A stretch of 63,417 nt of DNA, the filler included, from Octopus bimaculoides (taxonomy: Eukaryota), in assembly GCF_001194135.2 (NCBI RefSeq). It is 5 parts of 4 records of this genome, joined end to end, with 100 filler letters (N's around TTAATTAATTAA, not from the genome) between each part and the next. Parts side by side here need not be neighbours in the genome. Positions count along the whole stretch, not along the records: positions 1 to 17,389 come from NC_068994.1; positions 17,490 to 30,688 come from NC_069000.1; 3 more parts are not named here. One strand, written 5' to 3'. Positions 12,603 to 24,467 of this stretch are shown in pieces (position 1 is the stretch's first letter; each line of letters opens with the position of its first letter). The translations under genes and the position numbers were made by a program. The notes under the pieces are model-generated. The model saw only the letters and a list, made by a program, of their open reading frames with translations, was not told where the DNA came from and made no database searches.

Positions 12603-12795
12603 GCCGGTGGCACATAAAAGTACCCACTACACTCTCTGAGTGGTTGGCTTTAGGAAGGGCATCCAACTGTAGAAACTCTGCCAAATCAGATTGGAGCCTG
12701 GTGTTGCCATCTGGTTTCACCAGTCCTCAGTCAAATCGTCCAACCCATGCTAGCATGGAAAGCGGACGTTAAACGACGATGATGATGATGATGAT
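12603..12795 (+). mobile_element. RTE-related 3' UTR/SINE-like fragment with (GAT)n tail
   Basis: GTGGTTGGCTTTAGGAAGGGCATCCAACTGTAGAAAC..CCAACCCATGCTAGCATGGAAAGCGGACGTTAAACGACGATGATGATG, same family as 5222-5465. Confidence 0.75.
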
Positions 12796-13203
12796 ATAGA
12801 TAGATAGATAGATGGATAGATAGATAGATATAGATAAATATAGATATACATATGTGTGTGTGTGTGTGTGTTTGTGTGTGTGTTTGTATGTGTGTGTATA
12901 TGTGAGTGTGCGCGTCCGCATGTATGTGTGTGCATACATATCCCCCCCAACATACATACACATAACAGAATGGCGTACTCACAAAGAATATCTGCGATTA
13001 AAAGTGTAAACAACAATTCATTACAACCATATGCTTATTAAATATATATTCGACTTTGCTATGAAAGTAAATCATGGGGTTAATTTTAAAAAAGCCTTCA
13101 CTAACCAGCAACCAGCGTGGAAGATCAGATTGACTATTTTTGGTTTCCATTAAATTAGCTCCCAGTAACTTTTACTCAATTACATTTCAAAATCTACTCT
13201 TAC

Positions 13204-13259
13204 TAATCTCCAAGAGAGCTTCAGTCAGTTGAGCTGATAAACTAGAAGAAGTCAACCAG
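13204..13259 (-). CDS. Candidate coding exon (second of pair), product unknown
   Basis: Acceptor AACTTCTCAG, donor GTAAGA. Reads (S)WLTSSSLSAQLTEALLEI in frame with the exon at 13334-13401 across a 74-nt intron. Confidence 0.35.
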
Positions 13260-13333
13260 CTGAGAAGTTATGAGTTACAATGTTTATAACTGGCTCTGTG
13301 CCGTCTCTAAGACTTTATGTATCACTCATGTAC

Positions 13334-13401
13334 CTTGCTGTTAACAGATTCTCTGGAGATATATTTTCCCCAAGCTGTGAAATGTTTACTAGTTTACACT
13401 G
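13334..13401 (-). CDS. Candidate coding exon (first of pair), product unknown
   Basis: Acceptor GTTTAATCTCAG, donor AAG|GTACAT. Only open frame is QCKLVNISQLGENISPENLLTA. Confidence 0.35.
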
Positions 13402-13429
13402 CTGAGATTAAACATTTCCTTGGTAGCAT

Positions 13430-13850
13430 TTTTTCTTAGTCTTTACATTCTGAGTTCAAATTCTGCTGAGGTCAAGTTTGCCTTTCATCTTATCTGTTGA
13501 TAAAATAAGTGTCAGACAAGTGCTGGGGTTGGTGTAATCAACATTCCTCCTGCTCTCAAAGTTGTTGCCCTTGTGTCAAAAGTAGAAAGAATCTTTTCTC
13601 TTGTTACTTTTTTATTATTACTTAGTCATAAAAGACAGCAAGCTGGCAGAATCGTTAGCATTTCAAGCAAAATATTTAGAGGCATTTTGCCTGTCTTTAT
13701 GGCCTGAGTTCAAATCCTGTCGAGGTTGAATTTGCCTTTCATCTTTTCAAAGTCAATAAAATAAGTGCCAGCTGAATACTGGGGTTGAAGTAATCAACTT
13801 ACCCCCTCCCCAAACTTGCTGGCCTTGTGCTCAAATATGAAACCATTATT
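13430..13850 (+). mobile_element. Two tandem SINE family A copies (CpG-decayed)
   Basis: CATTCTGAGTTCAAATTCTGCTGAGGTCAAGTTTGCCTTTCATC, and AGCTGGCAGAATCGTTAGC..GAGTTCAAATCCTGTCGAGG..CTGGGGTTGA..CCCCAAACTTGCTGGCCTTGTGC. Confidence 0.85.
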
Positions 13851-13904
13851 ACCTAGTCAGGAAGGGAAGAGCAGAACCTACCGTTCTTTAAATATTTAGG
13901 GCTT

Positions 13905-14145
13905 CTGAGACTGTGACTTAGTGGTTAGGATGTTACCTTCACGATCACAAGATTGTGGGTTTGATATCTGAACTAGGCAATGCATTGTATTCTTGAGTTA
14001 AGCATGTCATGCTGTTCCAGTTCATTCAGCTGTAAATGAATAGTCCTACAAAGGACTGGTGTCTTGTTTGAAAGGAACGTTGTGATGTTGGTCACTTATA
14101 CACCATGGAAATGGAGTAACCAGCCCTATGAGCCCTAGGACTCAA
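13905..14145 (+). mobile_element. tRNA-headed SINE, family F/C-like, degraded
   Basis: A-box-like TGACTTAGTGGTTAGG, central ATTCTTGAGTTAAGC..CCAGTTCATTCAGCTGTAAATGA. Confidence 0.65.
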
Positions 14146-14182
14146 TACTGTAATGTCCAGGAGTTGATGATGTTGATAATTG

Positions 14183-14498
14183 GCACTCCATCAGTTATGA
14201 TAAGGGTTCCTGTTGATCTAATCAATGGAAAAACCTGCTTGTGAAATCAGCATGCAAGTGGCTGAGTACTCCACAGACAATGTAACATTAATGTAGTTCT
14301 GAAGGAGATTCAACTTGACACAGAATGTGATGAGGCTGGCCCTTTGAATTACCAGTACCATTCATTTTGCCAACTGGGTGGACTGGAACAACATGAGATA
14401 AAGTCTTGCTCAAGGACACAATACATCACTGGGAATTGAACTCATGTCTTTATGATCATGAGCTGAATACCCTAACCATTAAGCCACGTGCCTTCACT
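14183..14498 (-). mobile_element. SINE family C, full length (CpG-decayed)
   Basis: Minus strand starts GTGAAGGCACGTGGCTTAATGGTTAGGG..GAGTTCAATTCCC, central GTCCTTGAGCAAGAC, ends ..GGAGTGCC. Homologous to 53998 and 57845. Confidence 0.9.
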
Positions 14499-14884
14499 GA
14501 TGCTGATGATGGTAGAAGAAATGTAAAAGTTATATGAAAACTGGAGAAAAAGCTGTAATACTTCCAACAGTGAATTCTCTGAAAGATAAGAACCAGGTTG
14601 CAGTGTTAAGCAAGGCATCAGATTAAGTCTACCACCAAAATGCCTGTAACACAATGAACTGGAATAAATACTACAAGGATTTCCGTCTATTACTTTAGTT
14701 GTTCTGTTAATCCACAGCTCTGGACTGAAGCTTTATTTTATTATCTTCAGAAGTATGCAAAGTGAAATTGACTTCAGTGTGATTTGGACTCAGAATGCAG
14801 TGAGCTGGGACAAATACCACAAAGCATTTTATTCCATGTTCTAACAACTCTACCACTTTACTACAATCAATGAGATAAAAATCA

Positions 14885-15285
14885 TCAGTAGTACATCATC
14901 TACCTAATTAGCTAGTTGGTATGCCATGCAGTAGTACCACATACGTCTAATTAATTGCTTATTTGGTGTGTCATACATTACTGCTTCATCAATTTAATTA
15001 ATTGGTTAATTAGTATGTTGTACAATAATAACCATCAACCTAATTAATTAATTAGTTAGAATGTCATACAATAGAACTTTATTAACCAATTAATTGGTTG
15101 GTTAGAATGTCATAAAATAGTACATCACCATCCAAACAATTGGTTAGTTGGAATGTTATACAATAGAACTTCGTCAATCTATTTAATTGGTTGGTATATC
15201 ATACAATATTATCTCATCAGTTTAATTGGTTAGTCAGTATGTTATACAGTAGTACCACACCAACTTAATTAAATTATCTAATCAT
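14885..15285. repeat. Degenerate ~45-50-bp minisatellite, about 8-9 units
   Basis: Recurrent CATCAAYCTAATTAATTGGTTRGTTAGAATGTCATACAATAGTAC-like unit. Confidence 0.75.
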
Positions 15286-15357
15286 TATCTTATAAAGGCA
15301 CCAACTTATGAACATTAACTGTATTAATATCATCAGTCTGCAACCTTATCAATAGTC

Positions 15358-15500
15358 TTGAGTCAAGACTATTGATAAGGATGCAAGATGCAACGAAAAT
15401 TTTAGGAAAATAAAAAAAAGAAAAATAAGTGGAAATTTTACCGGTGAGTGTGTTAAATTTCAAGGCACAATAAGAAAAGGACTCTCCCCAGACACAACAG
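15358..15500 (+). repeat. Unclassified interspersed repeat (family V), copy 1
   Basis: GAGTCAAGACTATTGA.AAGG.TGCAAGATGCAACGAAAATTTTAGGAAAATAAAA..GTGTTAAATT..AAGGCACAA..GACTCTCCCC is also present at 30138-30290. Confidence 0.85.
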
Positions 15501-16244
15501 TATATATATATATANNNNNNNNNNNNNNNNNNNNNNNNNNNNNNNNNNNNNNNNNNNNNNNNNNNNNNNNNNNNNNNNNNNNNNNNNNNNNNNNNNNNNN
15601 NNNNNNNNNNNNNNNNNNNNNNNNNNNNNNNNNNNNNNNNNNNNNNNNNNNNNNNNNNNNNNNNNNNNNNNNNNNNNNNNNNNNNNNNNNNNNNNNNNNN
15701 NNNNNNNNNNNNNNNNNNNNNNNNNNNNNNNNNNNNNNNNNNNNNNNNNNNNNNNNNNNNNNNNNNNNNNNNNNNNNNNNNNNNNNNNNNNNNNNNNNNN
15801 NNNNNNNNNNNNNNNNNNNNNNNNNNNNNNNNNNNNNNNNNNNNNNNNNNNNNNNNNNNNNNNNNNNNNNNNNNNNNNNNNNNNNNNNNNNNNNNNNNNN
15901 NNNNNNNNNNNNNNNNNNNNNNNNNNNNNNNNNNNTGAAACAATCATACTCACAAAGCAGTTCCATTTTATACATTCACATATACACATATACATATACA
16001 CATATACATATATACATATATACATATACATATGCATATGAGTGTATGTATTTTACATATATATGCATGTATGTTATTGTTTAGTTTTATTTCAAGATTT
16101 CTTGCCAATAGAGAAAGAGTTGGTTTCTAACCTATGTCCAAGGCTCCTTCATTGGAATTTCAACATCAACAACAGGGTATGTATGTATGTATGTATGCAT
16201 GTATGTATTCTCATGCATATAGTTACATATCTAGACATGCTCAT

Positions 16245-16810
16245 ATATATTTAAATAATAATCTTCTGGAAAATTTTACATATTTTTGCAGTTGCAGTGA
16301 TGGATTGGATCTGTAGTCTTTGAATTAGCTTTCTCCTTTCTGGTTTTGAGAAGCCTAATTTCTCAAGATTGGTATTTAGGCAGTTTGTTACATATCTGAG
16401 GGCCCCAATAATTAAAGGTATAAACCTGAACTTGTAATCTGGATAGAGTGACTGCAGGTTTCTCAATAGCACAGAGTAAGCATTCTCTTTTTCACTGATC
16501 TTCAGCTTTATGTTAACATCTGCTAGGCAGCTAATTTCCACAACTATGCACATTTTCTCTTCCCTATCCCAAATCATTATATCAGGTCTGTTGTGCTTAC
16601 ATTTTATTGAGGTCTTGCTGGGACATTCCACGAGCACTCCTTTTTATCATGAGTGGCTATGACTTCTACCAAACTGTGGGTTCTTATTTTTTTGTCCTCA
16701 GTGTTATCCTCCCGACAGATTTTATGATAGAGTGTCCTAACTACAACATCATGTCTCATCGGTTGATAATACCATGATGACATTATCAGACAACTGCTTA
16801 TGATGTGGGT
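16245..16810 (-). mobile_element. R4/Dong-type (RLE) non-LTR retrotransposon, 3' fragment
   Basis: Minus-strand MRHDVVVRTLYHKI (after the CCHC knuckle) and KHNRPDIMIWDREEKMCIVVEISCLADVNIKLKISEKENAY..FIPLIIGAL: PD..(D/E)xK restriction-like endonuclease. Confidence 0.9.
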
Positions 16811-16894
16811 GATATGTATGTATGTATGTATGTATGTATTTAGGCATGTGTGTGTGTGTATGTGTATGTATGTATGTATGTATGTACGTATGTA

Positions 16895-17100
16895 TTTCTG
16901 TTTGTCCCTTCCCACCACTTGACAACTAGTGTTGGTTTGTTTATATCCCCATAACTTAGCAGTTTGGCAAAAGAGAAGAATAGAATAAGTACCAAACTTA
17001 ACAAAAATTAGTCCTGGGGTTGAGTTGCTTTGTCCCATGAAATCCTTTGATGCAATGCCCCTCCATGCCTGCAGTTCAATGACTGAAACAAGTAGAATAT
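16895..17100 (+). mobile_element. SINE family B, 3' half
   Basis: CACCACTTGACAACTAGTGTTGGTTTGTTTATATCCCCATAACTTAGCAGTTTGGCAAAAGAG..GAATAAGTACC..AATGACTGAAACAAGTAGAA. Confidence 0.85.
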
Positions 17101-17205
17101 AAAATGATAAAAAGATAAAGATAAAAGATGCACATGTGTGTATGTAATTAATGGATCCTCTTGCATTTTCTTTTACTCAAAGCCAGGAACTTTTCAGCAC
17201 CTCTT

Positions 17206-17270
<65 letters not shown>

Positions 17271-17389
17271 TATAGCCAAGGCAACATAGTAAATATGACA
17301 AATTATGGATAAACTCCTAAAAAAGTCACGTTAATCTCCTATACTGAAATTTCCAGTTGTAATCAAAGAGCAGCCTGGACTCCAGCAGG

Positions 17390-17489
17390 NNNNNNNNNNN
17401 NNNNNNNNNNNNNNNNNNNNNNNNNNNNNNNNNTTAATTAATTAANNNNNNNNNNNNNNNNNNNNNNNNNNNNNNNNNNNNNNNNNNNN
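17390..17489. other. Artificial scaffold-joining spacer N44-TTAATTAATTAA-N44
   Basis: Exactly 100 bp. The palindromic 12-mer has stops in all six frames. Identical at four sites. Confidence 0.97.
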
Positions 17490-17533
<44 letters not shown>

Positions 17534-17694
17534 CGTATATATACAGTATATACATAATATATTAATATATACATCATATATATATTTATATATATATATA
17601 TATATACATAGGTATATATACATATATATATGATATATAGATATATATTTATACATTTATGTATATACATACACATTATATCCATATATATATT

Positions 17695-17735
<41 letters not shown>

Positions 17736-17770
17736 ATGTATTTATACATATTCATATACATATATGTATG

Positions 17771-17806
<36 letters not shown>

Positions 17807-17846
17807 CATATATATTGACATTATATAAGTATACGTCTATGTGTAC

Positions 17847-17885
<39 letters not shown>

Positions 17886-18519
17886 CACACGCATTGATAT
17901 ATACATATATATATATATGATATATTGTACACACACGCGCGTGCGCTCTCGCGTAGACACACTCATAGCCAGGTAACATCTATAAATTGCTAATTTACAT
18001 TATGTCTAGCAAGTTTTGACAAAACATTTATGAAATTGTAATGCTGCAACACAAAGCATGGCGAACAAACTTTGAAGAATAACCAAAACGTAAGTAGAAT
18101 CAACAATAACCAATAATTTATCTTTATTTATCTTTCTTTAACCAAACGTTCAATCATCGTTTCCCATAATACCTTGCGGTTATTTTCCAAGTTATTCGTT
18201 TGGCGTAAAATTATGCTTAAATGTTAGTTTGTCTTCGACTTACTTATTAACTTCTGTTCTTTGTTTCTTTTTCTTGTCGTTGTTGTTGTTGTTGTTCTCC
18301 TTCCTTTTCAATACTTCTTTCTCTTCTTTTTCTTTTCCCTTTTCTCCTTTTCTTCTTCCTTCTATACTTCTCTTCACGTTCACCTCATTCTTGCCCCTCA
18401 TCATCATGTTCACTTGCTTCCCCATCCTCCTCCTCCTCCTCCTCCTCCTAATCATCATAATCATCATCACCATCATTATCGTGGTCATCGTCGTCATTGT
18501 CATTCTTATGATCTGTTAT

Positions 18520-18845
18520 TTTCTACCTGTGTCAGTCAGCAGACAGCGGTCATGCTGCAGCACGCCCCTGAAGTAGTTTATCAAATGAATCTAATTTTTG
18601 TTTTTATATCTGGTACTTATGCTGTCAGTTTTCTTTTGCTAAACCGCTATGTAACAAAGACGTAAGCACACCAACACCGGTTGTCAATCAGTAGTGGGGG
18701 ACAAGCATATGCACAAAGACACACACACGGATGTGTGTGTGTGGGGGGTACATGTCTGTATATGTTGTGCAGTTTGTGTCTGTACCCTCCGTTGCTTGGC
18801 AACCTACTAAAGTTTCTTTACGGTTCCATAGCTTACCAAGTATTT
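18520..18845 (-). mobile_element. SINE family B, degraded
   Basis: GCGGTCATGCTGCAGCACGCCCC..TGCTAAACCGCTATGTAAC..CACACCAACACCGGTTGTCAA..GGGGGACAAGC. Confidence 0.7.
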
Positions 18846-19009
18846 TGTATGAATTAGTAAAAAAAATATTTTGCAATGCCTTCATTTTGCTTTTTTCTTC
18901 GGTATTTGAATCGCTTGTAATAACCGTTTAAATTTCAAAATCAAATTTTACTTAATGTATTAATTCAAATTAATGAAATGTGTATATTATTAATTAATGA
19001 ATATATCTA

Positions 19010-19545
19010 CCGAACGATGTCTTTCGATCTATTTGGCATCATATGCTTGATATATTTGATGTCGATAAATATGATTCGATCAAACAACCTCTCTCTACGA
19101 AGATGTTTTTCGATCAATGTGTCTTTCGGTCATTAAACAGTCTGCAGTTTTTCTGGACTATTATCTGTTTTTCATCTCGCAATAGATTCTTTGCAGACCT
19201 ACCGGTGGCAACAGCAATACTATATTGACATATCTTTTCGATGAATTTGATCATCGAAGAATTTGTCTTTCGATAAAACTGTCTGGCAGACATTCCACTT
19301 TAGAGAGTTTTTATGGGTTTCTTTCTTCCTTACTTCTCCCAGTAAATACTTTGCAAATTTCTGGTGACAGCATCAATTTGACTTATATTTTTTCGATGAA
19401 TTTATATCGCTACGAATTTGCCTTTCGACAAAATTGTCTTTCAGCCGTTGTGCTTTCAGCAGTTTTTTTTCTCTGGGTTCCTTTTCTTTCTACCTTCACG
19501 CAATAAATTCTTTCTAGATTTATCGGTTGTGGCATCTACACAATT
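19010..19545. repeat. Degenerate ~150-bp higher-order tandem repeat with TTTCGA sub-repeats
   Basis: Units begin TTTTCGAT(G/C)AAT at about 19097, 19235 and 19390. Each contains GTCTTTCG.. and ..AATA.ATTCTTTGCA(G)A..TA.CGGT.G.CA.CA. Confidence 0.6.
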
Positions 19546-19623
19546 TTGCGCGTATATTGTATAAAGTTAAATTACGTTGCCAACTGCAAGAGCTATGAAA
19601 ATCTATAATCTTATCTGATCTAG

Positions 19624-19645
19624 GAAAGTCAAGCCTAATAAATAT
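19624..19645 (+). CDS. Candidate 22-nt micro-exon encoding a Walker-A-like (G)KSSLIN
   Basis: TCTTATCTGATCTAG|GA AAG TCA AGC CTA ATA AAT AT|GTAAGG. It joins in frame to 19750-19779 (acceptor TGTATTTTCAG; MQYTLYCSEY). Confidence 0.3.
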
Positions 19646-20553
19646 GTAAGGTTAACTACTAACTCTGGAGGTCTGTAGGTTGTATCTATCTGCAGTGCCA
19701 ATCCAAACTCTTCGTCAACAGCTTGAAGGAGATACGCTTGTATTTTCAGGCAATATACATTATATTGTTCAGAATATAGGTTTATGTATATCTGTGTTGT
19801 AGTGAAGTGCATCTCTAGTAATTTGTAATGTAAATACATAGACAAGACTTTTCGCTGCAATATAAATTATCTCCGACACCATACGTAATCATTAAAACGT
19901 TACGTTACAACAGTAGCATGCCCAAACGCTATGCGAATGGAGAAAAATGATCAGCGGAAATGATGAATGGGTTCCGAATTTTAAACATAAATTTAAGATA
20001 TTTGAGTTGGGTAAATTAAATATCGACTTCGAACTGGAAGAAAAAGTTATTAAGTGTAAACATGATTTATGTGGGTATTTTATATAGTGTATGATCGAGA
20101 GTAAATCTTCTTTAATGTTCTCTGGAATATTGTAAAGATAAGGAACGATAGTGTGTGTGTTATGCATACGAATGATTCAGTCCGCGCTCGTACGCACGCA
20201 CACACACACACATACTCACACACATACACTTTCATATGTATATACAGAGAGAGAGAGAGGAAAAGATAGATAATTAGATTGATTGATTGAGACAGACAGA
20301 CAGATAGGCAGACAGGTAGATAGATAGATAGATAGATAGATATGTGTACCTTTGTCTGTGTATACACACACACAGATATATATACATACACACAGATACA
20401 CAGATATACATACATACATACATACATACATACATACATACACACATATATACACGTATATACNNNNNNNNNNNNNNNNNNNNNNNNNNNNNNNNNNNNN
20501 NNNNNNNNNNNNNNNNNNNNNNNNNNNNNNNNNNNNNNNNNNNNNNNNNNNNN

Positions 20554-20587
<34 letters not shown>

Positions 20588-20784
20588 TATATCTCTTGCA
20601 TTTTATGTCAAACAGTCGAGTAACCTTTCTATAGATGCGGTCAACAACAACTTTATATGTTATTCCTGCACTCTTCCAGATCTGCGGACAATATCTCGCT
20701 CAGTATTTGTCCTTGAGCTGAAGTATTTTCGAAATGGAAAGCACAAGATCAGTCTCTACGATGGTATTACTTGATGTTAAGGAT

Positions 20785-21145
20785 TTAATTTAATCAAAAT
20801 CTAGGGGAGATCTTCAGTGATTGTAAGGCTTTCAGGGTTCCTGCTGAATGCTGGCTTCCTTCTTTATGTTGGTGAAGGCTGCCATAATCCTTGCCTTCAG
20901 TTCACCTTTGGTATTACAAGGGGTTTCGTTTGTCTCACGCCCAACTGCGTCCCACACATAATAACCAAGGGATTTACAGTCTGGGGAGCAAAGTGGCTAG
21001 ATGTTAGGGGTGATGTGGTAGCAGAAATTAACTGATAACCATGACTGGGTTTTCCTGCTTGTGTGGCAAGCTGAGTCCTGTTGCCAGACATAGGGTCTTC
21101 CAGCGGCCACACTCTTCACCCAGGACAGCACAAATACAATCCACT
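20785..21145 (-). mobile_element. Tc1/mariner (DD37D/maT-like) transposase, C-terminal fragment
   Basis: VKSVAAGRPYVWQQDSACHTSRKTQSWLSVNFCYHITPNI*PLCSPDCKSLGYYVWDAVGRETNETPCNTKGELKARIMAAF. Confidence 0.9.
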
Positions 21146-21362
21146 GGATGGAATTGTATACGTCTCCGTCTGGATAATTGCAATCACAAAGCTTGTGTTC
21201 TCCCCTAGGGTACGGTAACAATATGAGACTAAGATACGACATACAGGGTCGAACCTGGGACTGCATAATTGCGAAGTAAGCTTCTTAACTACACACACAC
21301 ACATGCACACAGCAGCAGCAGCAGCAGCAGCAGCGGCACTCATGTGTAATATGTGTGTATTC

Positions 21363-21396
<34 letters not shown>

Positions 21397-23076
21397 NNNN
21401 NNNNNNNNNNNNNNNNNNNNNNNNNNNNNNNNNNNNNNNNNNNNNNNNNNNNNNNNNNNNNNNNNNNNNNNNNNNNNNNNNNNNNNNNNNNNNNNNNNNN
21501 NNNNNNNNNNNNNNNNNNNNNNNNNNNNNNNNNNNNNNNNNNNNNNNNNNNNNNNNNNNNNNNNNNNNNNNNNNNNNNNNNNNNNNNNNNNNNNNNNNNN
21601 NNNNNNNNNNNNNNNNNNNNNNNNNNNNNNNNNNNNNNNNNNNNNNNNNNNNNNNNNNNNNNNNNNNNNNNNNNNCAAAGCCTTGTGAGTGGATTTGGCA
21701 GACGGAAACTGAAAAAATATATATAATAGAAATATGTTACAAAAAGACAATAGAAACTACACGTGGAAATATAAGATGAAAGTAAGAAGAAAAATGAGCG
21801 AAAATGCACTTTGGAAATCAAAAAAAGTAAAGGGTTTTTATGAAAAGTAACGATAGATATATACAATTAGATGAACTGAGGTAGGAATAAAAGTAATAAA
21901 AGTCATTATTGTGAATTGTTAAAGAGATTCAAAAGTATACCGGTTTCGTAAAATTACTAATCATTGCTTTGAACGCACATACCCACATATATACACAGGC
22001 AAACACGTTAAAAGAAAGAGTATATGGGTTTGTAACTACATCACATGTAAGATTGTTGTCTTATTGAGGACATTTTCTCGTGTGCATGTATATGTGTATA
22101 TGTATATACAAGCAAGTGCATACATAAATACACACAGAGGCGCACGCACACACATATACACACATATTTGTTATAATGTTATAAAGTAGGTCCTTGATCC
22201 AAGTTATGCTTTATGGTTTAGTCTTATATACACACGTGGCTAAAGTTGTCTAACAAATGAACAAAAGTACTTTAGTTACATTATTGTATTGATTGTAGTA
22301 AAAAAATAAAAACACGAAACAAAACAAATCAGAGAGTCCTCGTTTGATTATCGTTACAATATCAATAGATTTCTTATACAGAGTTAGTGATACATCATTA
22401 AATGTACAAAGAACTGTAAGATTCATATATCAGTCTTTTATGGCGCTCTAGGAAACACGTCGTTTATGAAAGCAAACGAAGAAATGAAAGAAGAGACAGC
22501 AGATATTTTTTTCATTGATCGCAGACGATCGAATAATACTTTCGGTGGTCACTTGGTGTATGCTTATACATACATGTATGGAATCTATGAAATTCATATA
22601 ATCAGTTCAATGTCGTCTGTTTAGGTTTTAAACGAATTAGTGCTTGCTTTTAATCCATCATTTTATCCTGAATCAAATTGATTGCTCCTTCTTTTGAAAA
22701 TGTGTAAAACGTGTTGGAACTTGTTTTAAGTACTCGTAATGATGTCATAAGCCAATTGTAGATAAGACGATTAGTCAATTAATAGACATGCTCCATACAT
22801 TCATCTTCGCTTTCCCTCTCAATCGCTCTCTCTCTCTCTCCCTCTCTCTCAATCGATCTCTCTCTCTCCCGTTCTTTCACTGTCTGTTTGTATCTCTTAT
22901 AAAAGAAATGTATACACATGGGGTTATGCATAAATATACACTTGTGCGTATGTGTGTGAATATTTGTCTTTCTGTATGTGCATGCAGTCAAGGCTACACT
23001 TGAAGATTTCGCTTCTTGTGTTGAATCCCTGTTGGAGAAACCTTGAGCAAGTGGCTTCTACCGCAGGTTCACAATG

Positions 23077-23142
<66 letters not shown>

Positions 23143-23232
23143 TTTTGTGTTGCTATGTTTACGTCCCTATGACTTAGCGATTCGGCAAAGTGTTTGATAG
23201 AATAAGTACACCCGCGATAGTCGATATATACA

Positions 23233-23475
23233 CAGTAATCCCTCGACTATCGCTGGTGTTATGTCTCAAAACCTCTCACGGAAATGATTAAAAATCTTTT
23301 TAAAAATATATATAAATACCTATCGGCCGCAGAGACACGCGATATACCGAGGCGTCTGCGATATAAATTTGCATATATTAGCCAGAAAAATCCGCGAGGT
23401 ACTTAGTGCGTGACAGGTAAACCGCGATGTACTGAGTGCGCGATAGGTGAACCGCGATATGGCATTGGATCAGTG
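23233..23475. mobile_element. pogo/Tigger-like MITE
   Basis: CAGTAATCCCTCGACTATCGC ... CCGCGATATGGCATTGGATCAGTG|TA (degenerate TIR), with several internal CCGCGAT motifs. Confidence 0.65.
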
Positions 23476-23539
23476 TATATAAATATATATGCATGCATGC
23501 ATGTATATATGTATGTTTGCATGTAATTACATGTATATA

Positions 23540-23690
23540 CGGCGGATTTCTTTGCAGTTCTGTCTAGCACATCACTTACAAGGCTTTGGTCGACCGGGGC
23601 ACGTAGCATAAGACGCTCCGCGAAAGTACCACGCAGTGGTACTGAACCCTAAAGCCAAATTCCTACACGCCAGCCGTGCCAGCCATGCCA
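23540..23690 (-). mobile_element. SINE family B, 5' part
   Basis: CACTTACAAGGCTTTGGTCGACCGGGGC..ACCACGCAGTGGTACTGAACCC. Confidence 0.7.
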
Positions 23691-23859
23691 GTCATGCCAG
23701 TGCCTAAATGTGAACATTATTTAATGAATGATGCCTGGCTTGTTAGAAAATATTATTAGTGAAGGAACCACAGCTGTGAATAACTGTTGTGGTTTTCTAT
23801 TAAGGATTGCGGAATGTGTTTGAAGTATAAGAGAACAAAATGAGGATTGTTCTATGGGT

Positions 23860-24361
23860 GGGTGAGGTGGAGGGCGGGTAGGCGGATGGGAGGATCGGGA
23901 GAGAAGAGAAGGAGGAGTAATGAGATATAGAGAGGGGGAGGGGAGGAAAGAGGAGGGGGAATAATGAGATGGGTAAGAGCTGTGAGGGGTTAAAGTGGGG
24001 AAGGGAAAGAACGGGTGAAGTGATAATTGGTAGGAGAAGGGGTGTGGAAGTAAGGGGAAATACATTGGGGTGCGGAGAGTGGGGAGAAAGAAGGGGTGAA
24101 TGAAGCGGGGGAAAGAGAGAATAAGATATCAGAGCGAGACAATGACGGGGGAGAAAACGGGGGATAACGAGAGAGAGGAGACGGAGGAGACACGCTGAGG
24201 GAACGTAAGAAGTGTAAGGGGGTGGAGAAAGAGAGAAAGAAAGAAAGAACGAAGTGGAGTTAAGGCAGAGAAGGGGAGGAAGACTAAAATGAAAGAGGAA
24301 AAATAAGAGAGATCGATAGATAGATAGATATATACATACATACATAGTCAGTTAGACAGAC

Positions 24362-24396
<35 letters not shown>

Positions 24397-24433
24397 TAGA
24401 TAGATAAATCGATAGATAGATAGATAGATAGAC

Positions 24434-24467
<34 letters not shown>

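Noticed and set aside
17434-17445. TTAATTAATTAA as a conserved biological element or PacI site
   Set aside because: It is always centred in exactly 44+44 Ns, which marks it as an assembly linker
19603-19860. Minus-strand 85-aa ORF (AVDEEFGLALQIDTTYRPPE)
   Set aside because: No recognisable domain and weak splice sites; it overlaps a competing plus-strand candidate
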